From IMG/VR virus record IMGVR_UViG_3300023278_000857, positions 1,398 to 65,397 of that record: DNA of 64,000 nucleotides. One strand, 5' to 3'. Under the pieces are notes generated by a model. It had not been told where the DNA came from. It did not search any database and saw only the letters and a list, made by a program, of their open reading frames with translations. Source of the stretch: a virus. Every line of letters begins with the position of its first letter. Position 1 is the stretch's first letter. The position numbers and the translations under genes are program-made. This document shows positions 34,553-43,231 of this stretch, in pieces.

Positions 34553-35563
34553 ATGCAACAAGTAATAGTACATAACGGATCATACCGCAATATGCCAGTA
34601 ACTGACAAAGTCTTTAAAATGACTAAAGAATTTAAGGACGGCGCAACTGGACCTTATATTACAGTATGTGGTAAAGAGCATAGTAATATGCCAGATCGTA
34701 ATGTCCGTATTAATGTAAAAGGAACAACTTGCTTTTCATTAATGACAAATGGTGAGGTAGAAGCACCAGAAAAAACTGAAACAGACGCAGAGATAATTGA
34801 ACGCCTGCGTGAACGTTTTCAAGTATTAGAAGATATGACATACGCATCATGTGATGGTGTTGTCCGTGGTATGGTTGTTACTGGTCCTCCAGGTGTAGGT
34901 AAATCCTACGGTGTAGAGAAGGTAATGAATGAAGCGGAAATGATGAACAAAATGGGCGGAGGTACCACAGGTACTGGACGCAAATATGGAATGGAAAAAG
35001 GTGCCGCAAGTGCCATTGGTTTGTACAAGCTACTATTTGAATATGCCAACGAAGGCAGTGTGCTTGTACTAGATGACTGTGATAGTGTATTGTACGACGA
35101 GACATCACTTAACTTGCTTAAAGCAGCACTAGACAGTAGCCCAAAGCGGTTCCTAAGCTGGCGTAGTGAAAGCCGTGTGCTTCACAACGAAGGCATTCCA
35201 GACAAATTCGAGTTTAAAGGTTCGATTATCTTTATTACTAACCTCAAGTTTGAAAAGACACGTGGTAAGATTAAAGATCACCTAGACGCTATTATGTCAC
35301 GGTGTCACTATTTGGACCTTACACTGGATACAATGCACGAAAAGTGGTTGCGTTGTAAGCAGATCGTCAGTGACGGTATGCTAACCGAATATAACTTTGG
35401 TGAAACTGAACAATCAGATTTGCTGGATTATATACACGAAAACCGTAACAAGCTACGTGAAATGAGCTTGCGTATGGTGCTAAAGATCGCCGATCTCAAG
35501 AAGATGAACGGTGACAAATGGAAGCGGTACGTAGAAATGACTTGTATGCGCCGTAACTCCTAA
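34553..35563 (+). CDS. AAA+-type ATPase
   Basis: Walker A GPPGVGKS, Walker B LVLDDCD, IFITN sensor, SRC arginine finger. Confidence 0.8.
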   Translation: MQQVIVHNGSYRNMPVTDKVFKMTKEFKDGATGPYITVCGKEHSNMPDRNVRINVKGTTCFSLMTNGEVEAPEKTETDAEIIERLRERFQVLEDMTYASCDGVVRGMVVTGPPGVGKSYGVEKVMNEAEMMNKMGGGTTGTGRKYGMEKGAASAIGLYKLLFEYANEGSVLVLDDCDSVLYDETSLNLLKAALDSSPKRFLSWRSESRVLHNEGIPDKFEFKGSIIFITNLKFEKTRGKIKDHLDAIMSRCHYLDLTLDTMHEKWLRCKQIVSDGMLTEYNFGETEQSDLLDYIHENRNKLREMSLRMVLKIADLKKMNGDKWKRYVEMTCMRRNS

Positions 35564-35569
35564 TAGACA

Positions 35570-35660
35570 GTACAATAGTGGACCTCCTCTGTCTGCGTCA
35601 CTCTCACTCAACACTATTGTGCAAACTGGGGCTCGGTAAGACATCTTACCGAGCCTTCCT
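35570..35660 (+). ncRNA. Two-hairpin 3'-UTR element / sRNA candidate with a pyrimidine-rich loop
   Basis: ACAATAGTG/CACTATTGT stem with a CCTCCT-containing loop, then a 12-bp GGCTCGGTAAGA/TCTTACCGAGCC hairpin. Confidence 0.45.
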
Positions 35661-35674
35661 TATTATAAGTATTA

Positions 35675-35703
35675 TTGACAACCCCCAATAGATAGTGTAG
35701 TAT
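35675..35703 (+). promoter_or_regulatory. sigma70-like promoter for uvsW
   Basis: TTGACA-17bp-TAGTAT. Confidence 0.6.
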
Positions 35704-35710
35704 ATCAAAT

Positions 35711-37165
35711 ATGAAATGTAAAATTATTCTCAAAGACGAAGTCAACTGCAAAATTTCAGGATTGGACTTACAAACTCGTCGTAAATGTGAACAGAAATTA
35801 AAGTTTATGTTACCATACGCTAGACATGTTCCTGCTTATAAACTAGGACGTTGGGATGGTTGTGTTGGTTACTTTACTATGGGTGGCAACACATTTGTAA
35901 ATGCGCTGAGTCATATTATTCCAATTCTTCAAGAACAGCGATATGATTTTGATATAGAAGACAATCGTAAGAGTTGGGATCTAAAGTTTTCAGAAATAAC
36001 TGAAGATCATTTTAGTGATAGAGCATGGCCAGAAAAACATCCTGCCGCAGGACAACCTGTTGTACTACGTGATTATCAAGTTGCGATTATAAACAAGTTT
36101 ATATCCAATACACAAAGTATTCAAGAGATTGCCACAGGCGCAGGTAAAACACTAATGACAGCCGTGCTTAGTAATCTAATTGAGCCTTATGGCCGTAGTA
36201 TCGTTATTGTACCAAACAAAGATTTGGTTAACCAAACAGAAGCAGACTACATTAACTTAGGATTAGATGTGGGTGTATACTTTGGTGACCGTAAAGACTT
36301 TGGTAAAACACACACCATTTGTACTTGGCAAAGTTTAAACATTATGGAAAAACGTTTCCGTGATGGTGACCAAGACTGGGGACTAGACGATTTTGCTGAA
36401 GACGTAGTATGTATTATGGTAGACGAAGTACACCAAGCAAAAGCAGATGTACTTAAAAAACTACTAACAGGCTCATTCCGTAATGTGCCAATACGTTGGG
36501 GGCTAACAGGAACAATACCCAAAGCTGATTACGAACGACTAAGTTTAGAAGTAAGTTTAGGAGAAGTTGTGCATCAGTTAGCCGCAAGTGACTTACAGGA
36601 GCAAGGTGTACTGGCACAGTGTAATGTTAACGTACTACAGTTACAAGACACTGTTAGCTATGGAAACTATCAAAGCGAATTAACTTACTTGACAACTGAC
36701 AAAAATCGTTTAGACTACTTAGGAGACCTTATAGCAAACTTAGCTAAGTCAGGCAATACACTTGTATTGGTTGACAGAATTAAAGCAGGTGAAGGATTGC
36801 TGGAACGACTGGGTGAAGATGTTGTGTTTATTAGTGGCAGTATGAAGTCTAAAGATAGGAAAGATGAATATGATGAAGTTAGTGAAGCAGATAATAAAGT
36901 TATCATCGCAACCTATGGTGTGGCTGCCGTGGGTATTAATATTCCTCGTATTTTTAACTTGGTTCTTTTGGAGCCTGGCAAGTCCTTTGTAAGAGTAATC
37001 CAAAGTATTGGACGTGGTATACGTAAAGCACAAGATAAAGACAGTGTTCAGATATGGGACATAACTAGTAGTGCTAAGTTTAGTAAACGCCACTTAACTG
37101 AACGCAAGAGGTTTTATAAAGAAGCAAATTATCCGTTTAGGGTAGAGAAAGTCAATTTTAAATGA
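35711..37165 (+). CDS. uvsW: SF2 DNA helicase UvsW-like
   Basis: LRDYQ Q-motif, ATGAGKT, DEVH, GLTGT, QSIGRGIR. Confidence 0.88.
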   Translation: MKCKIILKDEVNCKISGLDLQTRRKCEQKLKFMLPYARHVPAYKLGRWDGCVGYFTMGGNTFVNALSHIIPILQEQRYDFDIEDNRKSWDLKFSEITEDHFSDRAWPEKHPAAGQPVVLRDYQVAIINKFISNTQSIQEIATGAGKTLMTAVLSNLIEPYGRSIVIVPNKDLVNQTEADYINLGLDVGVYFGDRKDFGKTHTICTWQSLNIMEKRFRDGDQDWGLDDFAEDVVCIMVDEVHQAKADVLKKLLTGSFRNVPIRWGLTGTIPKADYERLSLEVSLGEVVHQLAASDLQEQGVLAQCNVNVLQLQDTVSYGNYQSELTYLTTDKNRLDYLGDLIANLAKSGNTLVLVDRIKAGEGLLERLGEDVVFISGSMKSKDRKDEYDEVSEADNKVIIATYGVAAVGINIPRIFNLVLLEPGKSFVRVIQSIGRGIRKAQDKDSVQIWDITSSAKFSKRHLTERKRFYKEANYPFRVEKVNFK

Positions 37166-37662
37166 AAGTATTAACAGTAGAGAATCAAAGTTATGATTTA
37201 GATTACGTACCAGAAGAAATAGAAGATATACGTTATTGTGTATTAGATTACAGCGACAAGGATAACGCAGATTACATATTTGTACCATTAGTATTTTTGG
37301 AAAGTTTTAGTTCTCCTGCGGCGGTGTTAAAAATAGGAAAGCATACAGTTAATGTACCACTAGACTGGAGTTTAATTGTATGTGATCCAATGGTAGGCGA
37401 GCCAGAAGTATTGCCTATCACAAGTTTAAATGATCGTGGATTTCAAGCATTTTCGATTAATCCAATTAGTGGATTTATGCCTGAGTTCAACGAAGTAGAA
37501 ATAGTAAACATTTATCAAGATATGAAATGGTATTTTCCTAAATTAAAATATGGGCATATACTAGCAGTACCACTTGAAGATAAAGAAAAACCAATGTGTG
37601 CTTATTTCGTAAAAGAGACTAATAAAATACCTGATGTACTGAGTACTGATGATTTATGGTAA
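37162..37662 (+). CDS. Hypothetical protein
   Basis: 166 aa, beta-rich, coupled to uvsW. Confidence 0.7.
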   Translation: MKVLTVENQSYDLDYVPEEIEDIRYCVLDYSDKDNADYIFVPLVFLESFSSPAAVLKIGKHTVNVPLDWSLIVCDPMVGEPEVLPITSLNDRGFQAFSINPISGFMPEFNEVEIVNIYQDMKWYFPKLKYGHILAVPLEDKEKPMCAYFVKETNKIPDVLSTDDLW

Positions 37663-37680
37663 TTTCAAAAGGAGAATAAA

Positions 37681-37857
37681 ATGACACTACACGAACAAAT
37701 TGTAGAAGCATATGACGCATATGTAAACGAACACGAAATCTGGGAAGGCAAAAGCACTAAAGCGGCGGCTGGTAGAGCTCGTAAAGCACTGGGAGAACTA
37801 GGCAAACTAACTAAGACTCGTCGTGCTGAGATCCAAGAACGTAAGAACTCAATGTAA
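37681..37857 (+). CDS. 58-aa histone-H1-like (Hc1-family-like) basic protein (absent from ORF track)
   Basis: AGGAG RBS; MTLHEQIVEAYDAYVNEHEIWEGKSTKAAAGRARKALGELGKLTKTRRAEIQERKNSM*. Confidence 0.65.
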   Translation: MTLHEQIVEAYDAYVNEHEIWEGKSTKAAAGRARKALGELGKLTKTRRAEIQERKNSM

Positions 37858-38066
37858 TGAGTGGGCAAAGACGCTGGCTTAAAGTTTGGAGTAGAACAGT
37901 TGGCATGCCAGCTGGGCTTAATGACGACGATAAGCCAGAGTTTTTGCCTCTACGACATAACGATGTTATTAAAGCATTATGGTTCAGAACGTTCTGGATT
38001 GTCTTGCATATTGTAACATGTTGTGCTATTATAGCTGGTAACGGAAGGACACTTGGTATATGGTAG
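37857..38066 (+). CDS. Small membrane protein
   Basis: Coupled ORF with a C-terminal hydrophobic helix. Confidence 0.6.
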   Translation: MSGQRRWLKVWSRTVGMPAGLNDDDKPEFLPLRHNDVIKALWFRTFWIVLHIVTCCAIIAGNGRTLGIW

Positions 38067-38521
38067 GTAAACTTAGCATTGCTAGCGAAATGAAAGCAAT
38101 TGATACTAAAGATCGTAACTGGTATAAAACACTTGATGATGAAGAACGTACAAAGTACGACAAACAAATGTGGATACAGCAGCGTTGGGCCAGTAGTGTT
38201 CAAGGCAGTAACGCAGTACAGTATCTAATCCTAGTTAATGACTATTCAAATGTTAACTTTAATCTACTAGCTAAACACCCAGAGCTACAGCTACAGTCTT
38301 TACAAATTGCTGGTGTAGGTAAAACACAAAAACATGATTGGATGCCTCCTGGTAAAAAAGGTAAAAAGAATAAACTAGCTGAATGGCTAGTAGCACAGTA
38401 TCCAGAATGTAATGATGATGAACTTATGATTTTAGCAGTAACAGGTGACAAAAAAGAGTTTTGTGATATGATGGAACAACAAGGAATGAAACCCAAGGAA
38501 ATAAAAGAGTTATTAAAATGA
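38060..38521 (+). CDS. Hypothetical protein (possibly clamp-loader small-subunit-like)
   Basis: 153 aa helical protein in the replication cluster; function is a guess. Confidence 0.5.
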   Translation: MVGKLSIASEMKAIDTKDRNWYKTLDDEERTKYDKQMWIQQRWASSVQGSNAVQYLILVNDYSNVNFNLLAKHPELQLQSLQIAGVGKTQKHDWMPPGKKGKKNKLAEWLVAQYPECNDDELMILAVTGDKKEFCDMMEQQGMKPKEIKELLK

Positions 38522-39171
38522 AGTGCGAGTATTGTGGCAAAGTTTTTAAGCGTGAAAGCACACTTATGTCACATATCTGTGAAAAGAAACGGCGATGGTT
38601 ACAAAAAGAGTTTCCTGAAACTATAGCTGGCTTTGTGGCATTTGATTTATTCTATCGTCTAGGTATGCAAAGTAAACCAAGAGAGTATTCACAGTTTGTT
38701 GACAGTCAGTATTTTAGTGCGTTTGTAAAGTTTGGTAGTTATTGTATTAATACTCGTGTCATTGATGCTGAAGCATATACACGATGGTTAGTACGTAAAC
38801 AAGCAAAGCTCAAGGACTGGGCAACTGACCGTATGTATATGCTGTTTATTAGAGAACATCTAAAAAAAGAAACAGTTGATAGAGCATTGGAAAGATTTGT
38901 AGAACACGCAAGTAAGACGTCTTACTTTGATACGTTCTGGGAAAGTGCTGGTGGTTATGTTATAGCAGATTGGGCAGAGAGTGGTAAAATATCTCCCTGG
39001 ATTATTATTTGTAGTAAACGAGCACAATCAGCATTAAACAATATGAATGAAGAATGCTTTAATCGTGTAGCAAACAGTATTGATGCTAGCCATTGGGGTA
39101 GAAAAACACAACAACAACCACAAGACGTGCAGTGGGTTAAAACAATTATAGACGGAGATAGTAATGCGTAA
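38518..39171 (+). CDS. C2H2 zinc-finger-containing hypothetical protein
   Basis: MKCEYCGKVFKRESTLMSHIC. Confidence 0.65.
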   Translation: MKCEYCGKVFKRESTLMSHICEKKRRWLQKEFPETIAGFVAFDLFYRLGMQSKPREYSQFVDSQYFSAFVKFGSYCINTRVIDAEAYTRWLVRKQAKLKDWATDRMYMLFIREHLKKETVDRALERFVEHASKTSYFDTFWESAGGYVIADWAESGKISPWIIICSKRAQSALNNMNEECFNRVANSIDASHWGRKTQQQPQDVQWVKTIIDGDSNA

Positions 39172-39457
39172 AATGTACAATAGTGTAATAGAGTTTTTTA
39201 AAGATAGTTATAAGTTTTCGCCGTTTGCGTTTTACTGTGAACTAATAGAGGCTGTAATGCTAATTAGTGCTAGTGCGGTGTTAACATACACAGTATTAGA
39301 TCCAGCAACTAAGATCTTTATTCCTATGTATTTGGTAGGCAGTATACTTGGTGTAATCAGCACATGGATTAGACGAGCAGGCTTTGCTATTGTACTAACA
39401 GTATGGTTTGTTGTAATGAATAGTATCGCTATGGTACAGTTATTTTGGTTGGGATAA
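39164..39457 (+). CDS. Small multi-pass membrane protein
   Basis: Three hydrophobic segments. Confidence 0.65.
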   Translation: MRKMYNSVIEFFKDSYKFSPFAFYCELIEAVMLISASAVLTYTVLDPATKIFIPMYLVGSILGVISTWIRRAGFAIVLTVWFVVMNSIAMVQLFWLG

Positions 39458-39460
39458 AGT

Positions 39461-40018
39461 ATGCCAGATATTGATTTAGACTTTGCTGATAGAAAACTAG
39501 CATTAAAGTTAGTACGTCATGTACCAGCAAGGATAAAAAGCAAGAAGCATAATACAGGTGTATATACACATCGTGTACCAGTAGATCCATTAAATGGCTA
39601 TTGTACACTGGATCATAAAATGGCAGATGAAAAGGGCTTCTTTAAATTAGATGTACTAAATGTTAGTATATACAAAGATGTAAGAGATAACGATCATCTA
39701 GAACAACTCATGAATAAAGAGCCAATGTGGCAATTACTAGAGCATACAGACTTTGTTGATAAAGTTTTTCATCTTTCAGGACATGATAAACTGCTAAAAC
39801 AATTACGTCCTAGTACACTAGAACAACTAGCGGCAACATTGGCAATTATACGTCCAGCTAAACGGCATTTGGCAAATCAAAGCTGGCAAAGAATACTACA
39901 AGAAGTCTGGACCAAGCCAGCTGGTAACGAATACTACTTTAAGAAAAGTCACGCTCATTCATACGCAATGGCGTGCATAGTACATATTAACTTGATATGT
40001 GAACAATTGGGATATTAA
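39461..40018 (+). CDS. Minimal DnaE/PolC (C-family polymerase) catalytic-core-like protein, 185 aa
   Basis: PDIDLDF (two catalytic Asp), FKLDVL (third Asp), IIRP, YFKKSHAHSYA. Confidence 0.8.
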   Translation: MPDIDLDFADRKLALKLVRHVPARIKSKKHNTGVYTHRVPVDPLNGYCTLDHKMADEKGFFKLDVLNVSIYKDVRDNDHLEQLMNKEPMWQLLEHTDFVDKVFHLSGHDKLLKQLRPSTLEQLAATLAIIRPAKRHLANQSWQRILQEVWTKPAGNEYYFKKSHAHSYAMACIVHINLICEQLGY

Positions 40019-40019
40019 C

Positions 40020-40757
40020 ATGAATAGAGATAATTTTTTACACGATTTAGATCATATAGGATTCACAGTTCAGCGTGATGCTTTTGATATAGAAAAGATA
40101 AACGAACTTAATAACTTTGCTGAAACAATAAGACCCGAACGTGGCCATACCAAAGATAAAAAATGGGTTGGATGGAATCAAGTAAACGATATTGAAAATC
40201 CCAAGACTGATATTGATTGGGCGTATTACTGGACTGAACAAGTTCAACATCCAATAATCAATGAAATGAAAAATACACTAGGACAATACGCAGACGCAGC
40301 ATTTGGTGAACATAATTGGGTATGGCATGTACAAGATTTTATTGTATTACATCCAGGTATGAACTTTTATCGTCCACATATTGATACACCTTATAGATTT
40401 CCAGAATTTCGATATAATCAAGAATTATTGGGTCTACAGTTTATGGTGATGATGTGTGATTTTAATGAACACAACGGAGCAACGGGATACGTTCCCGGAA
40501 CTCACAAATACATGTTCGATCCAAAAAGCATTCAAGACGATAAAAGCTGGGATACATTCTATGCCGACAACTATCAACAATACACAGCAAACGCTGGTAG
40601 TTTTGTAGCGTGGCATCCGAGGTTGCTACATAGTACTATGCCTAATAAAAGTAATGAAATTAGACGAGCATTATTACTACATGCGGCAGAAAAAACAACC
40701 AGTCGTAGACTAAGTGTAATTGATCCGCAAGTAAACAGTAATCTTAGAACTAGTTAA
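40020..40757 (+). CDS. PhyH-family 2OG-Fe(II) dioxygenase
   Basis: HIDTP (HxD), NGATGYVPGTH, WHPRLLHS...N...RRALL. Confidence 0.8.
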   Translation: MNRDNFLHDLDHIGFTVQRDAFDIEKINELNNFAETIRPERGHTKDKKWVGWNQVNDIENPKTDIDWAYYWTEQVQHPIINEMKNTLGQYADAAFGEHNWVWHVQDFIVLHPGMNFYRPHIDTPYRFPEFRYNQELLGLQFMVMMCDFNEHNGATGYVPGTHKYMFDPKSIQDDKSWDTFYADNYQQYTANAGSFVAWHPRLLHSTMPNKSNEIRRALLLHAAEKTTSRRLSVIDPQVNSNLRTS

Positions 40758-41133
40758 CTTTACGTACTAACTGAATATTACGGCGTTTAACTCGTTTCTG
40801 GCAGATATCACTTAGGCTAATAGTTGGACCATGTACTACTTGAAAGTCTTTAAGACTAAATGTAACCAATGATGATCTATATTTGCTCCACTGACTTTTA
40901 AAAATAATGTTAATAGGGATCATTCTATTTGTTCCCCACCACCATTCTTCGCCTAGTTCAATAAATTCTTCTTTGTGTTTATCATTTTTGATATTATCAA
41001 AACAATACATACTGGCCATCTGATGGTCCTGATTTTGCATTATTCCAACGTACTCGTTACCACCATACAGAACCAAGGTTAAGAATGGAAAGTCTTCTAG
41101 TAGTTTTTGATATTTGTTTGGTATATGTGTCAT
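40750..41133 (-). CDS. Hypothetical protein
   Basis: 127-aa ORF with its own ATAAGTA late-type promoter at 41143-41149 (minus). Confidence 0.65.
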   Translation of the reverse strand: MTHIPNKYQKLLEDFPFLTLVLYGGNEYVGIMQNQDHQMASMYCFDNIKNDKHKEEFIELGEEWWWGTNRMIPINIIFKSQWSKYRSSLVTFSLKDFQVVHGPTISLSDICQKRVKRRNIQLVRKVN

Positions 41134-41178
41134 TGTTATTATTACTTATCACTATAAATAGTAGTGGAGATCCGAAAC

Positions 41179-41970
41179 ATGAATTATCAAAGCAAAGCAT
41201 ATAGTTACAACCAACGAAGCGAAATTGTCATACCAAATCGTAGAGGCACAACGTACTATGGTTCACAAAATCATAAGCCGTTAATTGCTTATGAAGGTGT
41301 TACTAATGATTTTGAGTTCTTTGTTATTGATAACAGCCGTAAAAGTATTAGTTTAGCTAATAAGAGTTTTATAGCAACTATAGTTAACAGAACAACTAAG
41401 GTTGCTATTATAACTAAAACTCTTGTTACACTTGATACTGATACTGGAAGCGTTTTGATGCGCTTAACTGAATCTGATCTAGGTAAATTATCTCCTGCGT
41501 TATATGATGTTACCATTACTTATACCGATAGTGAAGCACTAGTATTTGGACTGTATAGTGACCAAAACGCTCGTTTAACTTATGTATTAGAAGTAAAGGC
41601 TAATCCAGCTGGTACCATTAAAACTAGTTTGATTTATGACGGGTTTAGTGGATCTCAAGACAAATCAGACCGCTTTGCTAGTACAGCTCAAAGTCAGAAT
41701 AGTGACGGAACAAATACTGTTGTAGCGTATACTACTAACTTTAGTGGTATGTTTTATGCGCAAGGATCACTAGAGCAAGATCCAACATCTGGTACTGATT
41801 GGTTCCAAATACAACTTAACCCTGGTGACGCCGAAGATGGCTGGAAGTTTACAAACTTTACTGGACTAGAACCGTTTACATTTGATGGTATGTTCATGTG
41901 GGTGCGTTTTACTTACATTTCTGACGCTGGTAACCAAGGAACACTTGACAAAGTGCTATTTAGAAGTTAA
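41179..41970 (+). CDS. Virion structural protein (BppU-N-like Ig/beta-sandwich)
   Basis: Late promoter TATAAATA at 41153, GGAG RBS; pattern ..NDFEFFV...G.V.....DL..L....YD. Confidence 0.55.
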   Translation: MNYQSKAYSYNQRSEIVIPNRRGTTYYGSQNHKPLIAYEGVTNDFEFFVIDNSRKSISLANKSFIATIVNRTTKVAIITKTLVTLDTDTGSVLMRLTESDLGKLSPALYDVTITYTDSEALVFGLYSDQNARLTYVLEVKANPAGTIKTSLIYDGFSGSQDKSDRFASTAQSQNSDGTNTVVAYTTNFSGMFYAQGSLEQDPTSGTDWFQIQLNPGDAEDGWKFTNFTGLEPFTFDGMFMWVRFTYISDAGNQGTLDKVLFRS

Positions 41971-41973
41971 ACT
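41945..41973 (+). promoter_or_regulatory. sigma70-like promoter for primase/helicase
   Basis: TTGACA-17bp-TAAACT. Confidence 0.55.
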
Positions 41974-41979
41974 GCATAT

Positions 41980-42999
41980 ATGATAGTTTTAGATTTTGTA
42001 CGCCAGAGCATTCCTGGTGGCTGGAAACAGTCCCCAAGTGGATGGACAAGTGGTAATTGTCCAATGTGCCATACTCGTGGACACAGTAGAGATACTCGTG
42101 GACGTGGCGGACTAATGTTCCAGGACGATAAAGTTCAATACAACTGTTTTAACTGTAATTACAAAACAGGTTGGAGCCCTGGTAAACGTATTAACACAAT
42201 GTTATCTGATTTACTAGTAGCGTTTGGTGCTGACCCAGCACAAATACAACGAGTTAATTTTGAACTGCTTAAAGAGAACGAAAAAGATCAAGTAGCACAA
42301 CAGTTTATTTCAACTACTGAACGTAAAGAAAAAGCTAAAATTACATGGCAACCCATGGAATTGCCAACTAACGCAACTACTTTTGATAAATGGGATACTG
42401 ATACACTAACTCCAAGACAACTAGAAAGTTTTATAAACGCAGTACAGTATGTTGAAGAGCGTGGAATGAGCTTCTATGATGGTTGGCAGTGGACACCAGA
42501 AAGCCATTTCAGAAATCGTATCATATTGCCGTTTTACTATAAAGGAAAAATAGTAGGGTATACAGCACGTTGGGTAGGAAAAACTCCTGACAAAGCTACA
42601 CCAAAATACTATCATCAGATGCCTAAACACTTTGTTTATAATATAGATAAACAACGTACACATAAGTATACGATCGTTACAGAAGGTCAAATGGACGCAC
42701 TATTAGTAAATGGCATTGCTACTAGCGGTAATACACCAAGTAACGTACAGTGTGATATTATTGATGATCTAAAAAAAGAAGTTATAGTTGTGCCAGACGC
42801 AGATAAAGCAGGCATGGACTTGGTTAAAACAGCAATCCGTAGAGGATGGAACGTAAGTTTTCCCCCTTGGGAAGACTGTAAAGATGCGGCAGATGCTGCT
42901 GTAAAATATGGTAGATTATTTACAGTGAGGAGTATTTTAGACAGTGCTGAGAGTAATTCAACAAAAATACAACTACTAGCAAAGGGATACTGTAGGTAA
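41980..42999 (+). CDS. gp61: DNA primase (DnaG/gp61-like)
   Basis: N-terminal Zn finger CPMC...CFNC, TOPRIM IVTEGQMDA and PDADKAG. Confidence 0.88.
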   Translation: MIVLDFVRQSIPGGWKQSPSGWTSGNCPMCHTRGHSRDTRGRGGLMFQDDKVQYNCFNCNYKTGWSPGKRINTMLSDLLVAFGADPAQIQRVNFELLKENEKDQVAQQFISTTERKEKAKITWQPMELPTNATTFDKWDTDTLTPRQLESFINAVQYVEERGMSFYDGWQWTPESHFRNRIILPFYYKGKIVGYTARWVGKTPDKATPKYYHQMPKHFVYNIDKQRTHKYTIVTEGQMDALLVNGIATSGNTPSNVQCDIIDDLKKEVIVVPDADKAGMDLVKTAIRRGWNVSFPPWEDCKDAADAAVKYGRLFTVRSILDSAESNSTKIQLLAKGYCR

Positions 43000-43000
43000 T

Positions 43001-43231
43001 ATGTTTAAACCAATAAGTGCTTATAGTGATTTACAAAGTTATTGGACTAAGCATTTTGCTTGGACACCAACACGTAGTGATCATAGCGGAAAGTTTATTT
43101 GGTTGACAAATTACTGGGAATACGCTATAACTATGGATATGAATGGCGCAGTACCACGCAAAGGTGATGCTTGGCGAATGATCTACACTCGAGAGGAATA
43201 TATATTGAAGAAGTTAACAAATAATGAGTGA
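43001..43231 (+). CDS. Hypothetical Trp-rich protein
   Basis: Coupled between primase and helicase. Confidence 0.6.
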   Translation: MFKPISAYSDLQSYWTKHFAWTPTRSDHSGKFIWLTNYWEYAITMDMNGAVPRKGDAWRMIYTREEYILKKLTNNE

